A stretch of DNA of 34,817 nt from Octopus bimaculoides (Eukaryota), in the NCBI RefSeq assembly GCF_001194135.2, contig NC_069002.1, forward strand, positions 3,189,754 through 3,224,570. The letters run 5' to 3'. Positions within the stretch are counted from its first letter, which is position 1, and every line of letters begins with the position of its first letter. Shown one piece after another: positions 9,875 to 19,500 of the stretch. Made by a program: the position numbers and the translations under genes. The notes under the pieces are model-generated. The model saw only the letters and a list, made by a program, of their open reading frames with translations, had not been told where the DNA came from and made no database searches.

Positions 9875-10075
9875 GCACAGGTGGGATAGTTTGGTAAGTA
9901 GTTTGCTTCCCAACCACATGGTTGCAGGTTCAGTCCCACTGCGAGGCATCTCGGCCAAGTGCCTTTTCAGCTATAGCAAGGCCTTGTGAGTGGATTTCAT
10001 TCGACTAAAAAAAATCTTCGAGGCTGTGCTCCAGCATGGCCGTAGTCTACTGATCGAAACAAGTAAAAGATGAAA
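9875..10075 (+). mobile_element. Internally deleted family C/D SINE in the MRPS2-OSTC intergenic region
   Basis: Head ggtaagtagtttgcttcccaaccacatggttgcaggttcagtcccactgc is joined to tail gtgctccagcatggccgtagtc..gaaacaagtaaaaga. Confidence 0.7.
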
Positions 10076-10329
10076 AAAAAATTATTATTAGGAATTGTAT
10101 AAAACCAAAAATATTTTGTGTTGTAGAAGTATTGCAGGTGAATTTTAACAACGAAATCTTGTATGGACTCCGGTTGAGGAACCCCTCACTCCAGAAAACC
10201 AGAAAATGCAGAAATCCGGAACAATTTCCATAATTAATCCGGTAATGTATTCCAGAGTAAAAAAAAAAAATCAACGAAGAGTTATCGCACTTGGATATAT
10301 AAAGCACGACCATTTGCCGGTAGATGTCG

Positions 10330-10337
10330 TGACGTGA
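10330..10337 (+). promoter_or_regulatory. TGACGTGA (UPRE/CRE-like element) just upstream of OSTC
   Basis: Exact TGACGTG(G/A) match 26 nt before the OSTC ATG, in a CpG-enriched stretch. Confidence 0.45.
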
Positions 10338-10362
10338 CACCCATCGTTCCTGTTGACACATC

Positions 10363-10501
10363 ATGGAGACCTTCTACAACCTTCCTTTCACAGTCCTTGT
10401 TTGTCCGAATATTAAGTTGAAGAAACCGGCATGGCTCAGACAACCTTCAGCAATGTTTATGTTCACTTTAGTTTTACTATCATATTTCATGGTAACCGGA
10501 G
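10363..10501 (+). CDS. OSTC: OSTC coding exon 1
   Basis: ATG at 10363; donor GGAG|GTAAGT. Confidence 0.95.
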
Positions 10502-12269
10502 GTAAGTGTAATTACTCTCTACACATATGTAATATGGTTTGTTTCATGTCTGACCAGCTTCCTTCTGTGTCTCGTTCGCCTCAAAGACTCAGATAAATCT
10601 TGAATTCTATTATTTATTTTTATTTTATCTTATGTTACGTTAAAGGGTTCCACCTCACGTTGCAACGGTTTAAAATATTAGCTTCACACAAATAAATAAA
10701 CTCTATTACATTGTCTGTGTGCATACATACATACATACATATCTATCTGTCTCTCTCTCTATTTATCTACCTATCTATCTAGATAGATAGGTTACACGTT
10801 ATTATCCATACAAAAGTTGGGGGTAGGGTTACACTTGTCTCGTGTAATCATGCATAGAGCGAGAGCCGCTTATTATTATAGAGGATAATGTTATCAAATT
10901 GTTAATGGTATTATAGTAAAGTGGCCCCCAAACACGCTTAAAGATCGTATCATTGCATCCTCTATTTAATATTAGCAGCCTCCGGTTATTGTTATCTAAT
11001 AGACTCTGTTTGAACCTAACCACGAGTCGCTGCCACCTGTACATGTGTTTATGTAGGACATTTTTGCTCAGATATTTCATTATTTAAAACAAATATGCTT
11101 TTATGAGAAAGTTGTGAGCAAACGAAGTCTACGAAGCACCAATGCATGTGTGTGTTGTTAGGTTTTGTTGCAAGCAAAAATTTCATGAACTCCCCATTAA
11201 TTAATTGATTCCATAAAACACAATTTTTGTTTTTTAATTATCTGATAATTTTAAAGTCTTGTTCATTTAATGTTTTCTTGACCATGCGCTCGGTCTGCCG
11301 CTCTGACTAACCGTGCATGTGTGTCTGTTATTTATATCGACAGTGCCCTCTTTGTAAGAGCCACGTAACCATTCTCAAAGATAGCACGGAAGCCGGAGGA
11401 GGAGGAGGAGCGATAGTAAGAGGTGTGTTTCGTTGCTGTTGTTGATTTAGCCTTCGCTCATATGAGGCGTTCCTGTCGTGACTATCTCGTCGTTTTGCAG
11501 TATATAAAGTACTATATTTTTCTAAATGTCCTTCCTTTTTTACGCAGCAGTGTCTAAGTTGAGATAATTTCGACCGCTGTTTCTCGCAAATCGAACGAAC
11601 ACATTGAGAATCCACTTGGATAGTTATTGTTTAGCCCCAAGTTAGCCCAGATCGAGCAGAACCCTCACCAAAATCGTTCCAACCATGAGCATCCAGATTT
11701 TGCTTTGATCCAAGTATATCTAGATTTTTATACGCTTTTTTTTTTTTTTTACTGGAAGATTTGGCTGCTATTTCAAACAGAATGGGTGACTTACCTTGAG
11801 ACCTTTCGTCAGCAATAGTTGTTGGCTTAAAGTCCACTTTGGTCGAAGATACCAATAATCAAATGTTTTCCATCCGTGATCACCCAGTCTGTAGCCCCAT
11901 CCTCAGACATGTGGTATCGATGACCTCATTATTCAGTTTTATAAGACGGTTGAGTATGATAAAAAGGGAGACGTAATTACGGGACCTGTGGTTTTCCCCC
12001 ACTTAACTCCTTTCGGCATACCTACACAAGTGTACCCCACCGATTTTTGTTCCCTCATACTTCTAGAAAATCGGATCTGTTTGTAAACGAAATATTCTAT
12101 AAATACGCTTCAGATTGTGTAGACATCGATTATATCGAAAATTATAATTCACGCGAGTCGGTTTTGTTTCTTCATAACTTTCGGAAAAATGAATATTTTT
12201 AAATGAAATTCTCTACAGATACTTTTCAGAGTGTGTAAATTACGATTACATCGAAAAATGGTGAGCATG

Positions 12270-12307
<38 letters not shown>

Positions 12308-15300
12308 CTCGTGTTTTACTTTTCCGAAACTCCACTCCCAACCTACGGAGAATTTTTTTTTTTTTTTTTTTCCCACTACAAATTCCGATATAATTGGAAT
12401 CTGCACCATCTGAAGAGTTATTGTAGAAAATTGCATTAAAAAATATCCATCTTTCTGAAAGTGCTAAAGAAACAAATTCGGTAGGAGAGAGGCACACTTG
12501 TGTAGGTATGCCCTCCATTCTCCTGTTATATTAGTAAGCTAAAGTCACCCCTTGTCGCTGCTTTTCTGTCTTATAATAAAGCCACATTCTGCTGTTTCTT
12601 ATGGAATTAATTTCGCCATGTGGTTTTGGATTCAGTTCCAGTGAATCATGGCACTTTGGACAAATGTTTTCTGCTAGAGCCCCTGGTCGACAAACCTTTA
12701 AGGGAGTAGATTTCTTAAACAAAAACCAAAAGAATCTCCTTGTTTGTTGCATGTGTGCAGTTATATCTCTGGCATTAGAAAACGTCTCAACAAATTCTAT
12801 TCGACCTGTGCTGGCATGGAGACATGGACATTAAATGATGAAGAAGATAACTGTGGCTGGTTTTAGCTGGTTCTGTCATTTCACAGGAATAAGTTCTTAT
12901 TTATGACTTCCAGCATTTTAGTTTCCTCTATATTCTGTGTTCAAATCCTTGGTGAGATATATTGTCTTTAACCCTATTAGGGCCATATCCACCCCCACAT
13001 ACTCTACTAGTTTCATGTTCAAACTAGCCATATCTAGCATCTCATACCTACCTTCAATGTCATTCTAAATTTTGCATGCAAGCTTATAATTATCATTATT
13101 ATTTGGCTGTTAGTGTGCTGAATAAAACACTGTGGTGTTTAATCATGGCTCTTTTCATTCTGAATTCAAATCCTGCCAAGATCACCTTTAATAGCTAAAA
13201 GCCTTGTGAGTGGATTTGGTAGATGGAAACTGAAAGAAGCCTCTGTGTATTTGTCTTAAAATAGCATGATTGTTGTAAATGAGTTTCATTCAAGCAGTGT
13301 CGTTCATTTTCAATGTCCTGAGAGAACGTGTATGGTCATGGAGCGTAAGGCATCCAGCTGTAGAATATGTCTCAACAAAAAATTCTATCCGACCCATGCA
13401 AGCATGGAAAAGTAGATGTTAAAATAGTGATGATGTGCATATATGAGAAACAGTTATATATATTGTTAATTTTTTTTTTCCTTGTTATTTTCAGGAATCA
13501 TTTATGATGTAATTGTGGAACCTCCTAGTATCGGATCAACAACAGATGAAAGAGGAAACACAAAACCAGTAAGGGACCTGTTTTTTTATCCCTACCACAA
13601 AACATGCCAATGAGAACTCGCGTTTGCATGGCTCAGGTGATAGAATAAGTACCAGGCTTAACAACAAATAAATACTAGAGTCCGTTCATTCAACTAAAAA
13701 AATATTCTTCAAGGTGGTGCCCCAGCATGGCCTCAGTCTAATGACTGAAACAAGTACAAGATGTGTGGGTATGTGTGCAAGTCCACATCCTTATTTGTTA
13801 ATGTTGAATGAAATGGCTCATCCACATTATAAGAAGCATAGGGCCATGTCCTTGATTTCAGACTATAGGAGACTGATTATTTTCACTTCGTCCTCCAGGT
13901 TGCCAGTCTAAAACTGCATCTCCTTAGAGGGTTAAAGCTTTAACACAACTAGAATTTGTTGTGGGTCAGTGGCTGAGTAACACAGAAAACAAAATGTCTA
14001 TCACTGCACTAAACCACTGACACATGTCCAACACTTGTTTTTTTTTTCTTTCTTTTGCAGGTGGCCTTCATGCCGTATAGAGTAAATGGTCAATATATAA
14101 TGGAAGGTTTGGCTTCCAGCTTCTTGTTCACCCTCGGAGGTGTAGGTTTTGTCATCCTTGATCAAACCAACAAACCAAGTTTGCCTCGTCTCAACCGAGT
14201 CCTTCTGTTTTCCGTGTCATTTCTTACCATTTTAACTTCATTCTTCATGTGTTGGGTGTTTATGAGGATGAAGCTGCCGTAAGTATTTCTTCCTTAATAT
14301 TGTCACTGATACAATGTGCTTATATTCTTTCTCCTATGTAGACTGTTGACTCACCATTAGCACATAAGTCATAAGGGACAAATATGTGGTGCATTGCTAT
14401 GCTTGAGAAGAACTAAGGTACCATCTAAAAAACATTGGTGTGGGTTCTGGTGCCATATAAAAAGTACCCAGCACACTCTGTAAAGTAGTTTGTATTAGAA
14501 AGAGTATGTACCCAGCTGTAGAGATAAAACCGAAACACTATGAAACCTGGTGTGGTCCCTGGCCTTACCAGTTCCCATCAAGCTGTCCAACCCATGTCAG
14601 CATGGAAAAAAAAAATGGACGTTACATGTTGATTGATGATAAACTTCAGACTTCATTGCTCTCTTTTGAGCAAGGCACTTAACTCTTGTTCTAGTTTGCC
14701 TCATTGAATAAAAAAGAAAACTAAGCTCCAATCCTACTTCTAGAAAGAATCCCACTTTTGCTTCTCTGTTGATTAGAGTCTGCATATTTAACTGCTGTTG
14801 TTGTTCTTCTTCTTTAGCTCAACTCAGCTGTGACTGAACAGGCATATAACACTGTGGAACAGAATTTGTATTTTTTTTGTCTTTGGTCTGCGAGTGTTAT
14901 TTCCTATTTGTTTCTGTCTAGAAATCAAAAACGAAATTCTCTTCACACTTCACTTTTGTGACCTGGGCATCAATGTTTTGAAACTGACTTATTTTCCATT
15001 ATGTTTCGAACAGATTCAGTGCTGAGGTTACTGAAGCAGAAATATCATTATAGCAAATATTCTGTTCACTACCACAGATTTGCTTGTCAGTTGCTTGACC
15101 TTAACTCCTTGAGTATGTCTCTTGGTAGCTAACAATATGTGCATCTCTGATCATGAGCAGTGAGGTAACATTATAGCTATGTGTCGAGGGAGATTTTTGG
15201 GGTTTGAATAAATATTAAAAAAAGCTGAGTTTGAAGGAAATATTAGGCATTTTTCACACTTTGTAGGATTAAGCAAATAGGAAACAACAGTTGCTACCCA

Positions 15301-15783
15301 AGGACAAAAATTGTGTTCCACAGTGTAATCAAAGACAGTTTTTGTTTACTTCTATCAGCAGATGTTCACCATTTCTTAATTTATCTTATATAAATCAGTC
15401 AAGTTTGTATTTCTCTAATCTTAACTTCAAAATTATATTCTAGTAGCTGTGGCCAGTGCTCCTTAACTGGCTCTCATGCCGGTGGCATGTAAAAAGCACC
15501 ATCCAAAGATGGCCGATGTCAGTACCCACTGACTGGTTCTTGCGGCGGTGGCACATAGAAAGCACCCACTACGCTCCCAGAGTGGTTGTCCAGCTGTAGA
15601 AACCTTGCCGGAGCAGATTGGAGCCTGGTGCAGCTGCTGGCTCTCCAGACAACGGACATTAAATGATGATTCTTCAGGACTAATTTTGTTTCTGTAAAAC
15701 ATACAAAGAAAAGAATTTATTGATGTCTTTTGCTAATTGAAATGTTCTTTCTTTTCCATTTCAGGGGTTACCTTGTGGCTTAG
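10363..15783 (+). CDS. OSTC: Oligosaccharyltransferase complex subunit OSTC/DC2, join(10363..10501,13495..13568,14061..14278,15765..15783), 149 aa
   Basis: [105 protein letters not shown]...FMRMKLPGYLVA* is near-colinear with OSTC/DC2. All three introns are GT-AG; total 450 nt. Confidence 0.97.
13495..13568 (+). CDS. OSTC: OSTC coding exon 2
   Basis: Acceptor tttcag|GA; [14 protein letters not shown]; donor CCA|GTAAGG. Confidence 0.95.
14061..14278 (+). CDS. OSTC: OSTC coding exon 3
   Basis: Acceptor ttttgcag|GTG; [16 protein letters not shown]; donor CC|GTAAGT. Confidence 0.96.
15765..15783 (+). CDS. OSTC: OSTC coding exon 4 (GYLVA*)
   Basis: Acceptor catttcag|G; completes the conserved KLPGYL C-terminus; stop TAG; AATAAA at 15799-15804. 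Confidence 0.9.
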
Positions 15784-16420
15784 TGAAGATTTAAAGTGAA
15801 TAAATATCATTTGTATTTGATAAATTTTCTTGTTTATATTTAATCTGAGGAGTAGTAACCTTCATAATCGTTGTAAAGGTCTCCAGGACTAACAGGTAAA
15901 AGTTATTATTAAACTATAGGAGTGGCTGTGTGATAAGTACATATGCATATGTATGTTTCCCCCCCCCACCCCACCTAACATTGCTTGACAACCGATGCTG
16001 GTCTGTTTATGTCCCCATAACTTATTCTATCGGTCTCTTTTGCCGAACCACTAAGTCCTGGGGGTCAACTTGCACGACTAGAAGGCAGTGCTCCAGTGCG
16101 GCCACAGTCAAATGCCTGAAACAAGTAAAGAGTAAATACTTAAAAGTTAAGTTTTAAGTATTTACGACCAGGTAAATTCCACTTGGTACTTAAAGAAAAA
16201 GGACACCAAACTAGGCTGCAGAATAGAGACCGTCTAATGCATTCACTTGATCTGCTAAATTTAGAAATATAAGAAAAACAAAATTCGATGGATGGTTAGA
16301 ATAGCATTTATGTTAAGTCTGTTCACAGCAGGCTGGTTGGCTTTTGTGTCGTATCTGCAATCTGCCAAGTTTGTCAGCTTATCACAAAGCCATCTTGTGA
16401 TGAATCCTGTTAAGTTATCA

Positions 16421-16559
16421 TCAACTGGCTGGCATATAGTTCGGATCTAAGTAATTATAGTCTCCAGAGAACTTGGTGTAATCGTTGTCAACGTAACTTG
16501 GATTGCTGTTCAATGGCTTCAGTCGGTGGCTCACTTGATGGACAGGATGTTCAAAAGAA
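16421..16559 (-). CDS. ZZZ3: ZZZ3 last coding exon
   Basis: [16 protein letters not shown]...[13 protein letters not shown]. Confidence 0.92.
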
Positions 16560-19500
16560 CTGAAAGAAAATCAGTGAAATAATCGGTTTTTAAATTCCCA
16601 TAACTTAACTTAGCAGTTTGGCCAGAGAGACCAATAAAATAAGTACTAGGCTCACGAATTAAGTCCTGCGATCGATTTATTTGACTAAAACCCTTCAGGG
16701 TGGTGTTCCAGCATGGCCACGGTCAAGTGACAAACAGAATTAAAGAATACACATTAGTTGGTCAAGAGAAAATCTCACAATGCTGACCAATGTGAGTGTG
16801 TATTTTTCACTTGTTTGTGGTCATGCTGGAGTACCACCGTGAAGAAATCTAGTCAAACTAATCAACAACAGACATTTGATAATGATAATGAACTTACCTT
16901 TCAATACATACTTGACACAAATCAATTGATAAACCCTGCTCCTGGCAATCGATACAATGCCATCGATTTGTAAGAATTCTGCGACAGTTGATACACTAGA
17001 AGTAAGAGAAGAATAAAATAAAATTGCTTATTCTGGGGAGGGGAGTCTGTTAGAAGCAGATACAGTCCATGGAGATCCAGGGATGAATGAAGCCTTTATT
17101 TACCATATTTTTCTTGAAACACACAATGTCTGCTTCAAATATTTTTGAAATTACAGAAGAATTTACTGGTTGAGAAACGCTGCTCTAATGAATCGACCAA
17201 CCCAAATGGTAGTAATAATTTAACCCTTTAGCGTTCAAACTGACCAGATCCAGCCCCTCACACCTAATCTACAATGTCATTCCGAAGCTTAATAATCACA
17301 TCATTGAAATTGCAAAGCTATGAGATAATCCATGATTAATTGAAAACAATGAGAATAAATAGGCATTACACTTGAAAGAGTAATTTGGATGCTAAAGGGT
17401 TAAAGGAAGGTTCTGGAGAAAGTATGGAAAAAAAAAAAAAAAACATTTTACTTACCTTCAATGTTTGACATTGTCCTGTGTTGAATCGAGATATTTTCAA
17501 GTTCTTCAGTTTCATGAGTTCTTTGTATTCTGCTGTGTCTCTCAATTCCAGAGGGATATCTTCATCCTCATTGTCATCATCGTCGTCGTCATCGTCCTCA
17601 TCGTCATCGTCATCCTGCAATTAAAAGAAATACAGAGAAAATTATAGTAAAATTTAAGTAATCGTTGTCTTTCGATCAAAGACAATCCAGTTTGTGACCA
17701 TCCAGTTTTATTCCTATGTAAGCGTAAGGAAGAGAATCCAGCTGGGTAGAGAACCTGAACCACCCAAGCTCTTCGGCCTTCTGTGATGTGATCTTTGCAG
17801 TGGGGGGTCACGCATTGTCCTGATGAAACATCACTCCTTTTCAACTCACTAAAGCGGCTCTTTTTTTAATTCAAAGCTTGGTTCAAACACTAATTGCTGA
17901 CAGTAGACTTGAGCACTGACTGTTGCTGGATGCCCTTCCTAACACCAACCACTTTACAGAGTGCTCCACTGGATGCTTTTTACATGCCACCAGCACCCAC
18001 ACCAATGCTTTTTTTTTTTTCCTGTAAACACCTTGGTTTTTAGGATCTCAATATACATACGTATACATACACACAGCATAAATACATTTATGAATATACA
18101 CAAGACAGAACGATACTCACTGTGAAGTCCTTACTGTGCTCAGCTTGGAGTGCATCAGTTGTCAATGAATTACAGCCATCGATGCTGCGGCTGCTCTCAT
18201 CATCATTGTCAGACATGTAGACCGGAAGCTCATGTGCTTGGAGAAACGTTGACTGGTGGTAGAAGCGATTGTAGCGTTGGTGCCGATGTCCAGTCTGAAA
18301 GAAAGCGAAAGAATTTTATTTGCCTTTAAATCATCCTCATTTTAACATCCAACTCTTTTATTCTGGATTGGTTCAATTGGAACTCGAGTCAGATTTTATA
18401 CAGCCCGATGGATGCCACAGAATGTGACAAGACTGGCCCTTTCAAATACGGGTACCACTCATTTTTGCCAGTAGGGTGGACTAGAGCAACAGGAAATAAA
18501 GTGCCTTGCTCAAGCACACAATGCGCTGCCAACAATTGAACTCACTTGTGACTGTCAGCCAAACACACCTAAGCACTAAGCCACATGCCTTCACTACATG
18601 TGCACACTCACACCCAAACATGTAGCTATATAACGGGTTTTTGAGTTCAAAACCAACTGGCAAGATATTGGCCATCCTGGAACTATGGTAGAAGATACTT
18701 GCCCAAGATGCCAGGCAACAGGACTCAACTAGAAAACCATTTGGTTAAGAAGCAAACTTTTCACTATGCAGCCATGCCTGATAGAACAAAGAGCCAGAGG
18801 AAACTAAGCAAAAGTAAGGGTTACCATTTCGTGTCGAATCATAAGGGCCAGTTTGCAAGGTGTACGAATTCTTCACCCGGACGTGACACTGATCCCTTGC
18901 AGGATTACCCATTTTGGCTAGCAGAGAACAATATGAAATGAAGTGTTTTGCTGAAGAACACAACATGTTGCCCGGTCCAGGAATCGAAACCACAATCTTA
19001 CAATCACGGGTCCAACACCCTAACCACTAAGCCATGCACCTCCAGAGTAGCGGAGGAAAACATAAATGTAATAGAAGACAAATTCTTCAAGCTTAAGTCA
19101 ACACAAGACTGCAGTGGACGGCATTCCATACTTACCTTTCGTGTGTAAGATGTCAGGTTTGGTGTTCGGCCAGGCACTGGCAGACCAGCTTTGGCTAACT
19201 TGATGAAATATTTCTGTACACGGCTGGCAACCTACAGCAAAAAAATAATAAGTCAATATAGTCTTGTAAAATAGTCACAAAAAGGTGAGATGGTCCTGCT
19301 CAACCAGGACTGACCTAGGGTTACACTACAACGCCACTACTACCACCATTAACTCTGGAATCATTGAAAGTTTATGGATATCTTTCATCATTTAACTGTT
19401 TCAGTAATTGGACAGCGAGATTGAACCCAGCAGCATGTAGTTGGGAAACAAACTTCTTACCACACAGCCACATCTGTGCCTAATTAATAACAAAAATGAT

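Noticed and set aside
11328-11615. 95-aa minus-strand ORF in OSTC intron 1
   Set aside because: No recognisable domain, low-complexity Q/P runs, and no splice support.
12411-12435. CTGAAGA...GAAA hammerhead-like match (also CTGATGAAAC at about 17820)
   Set aside because: No stem I, II or III pairing and no properly placed NUH.
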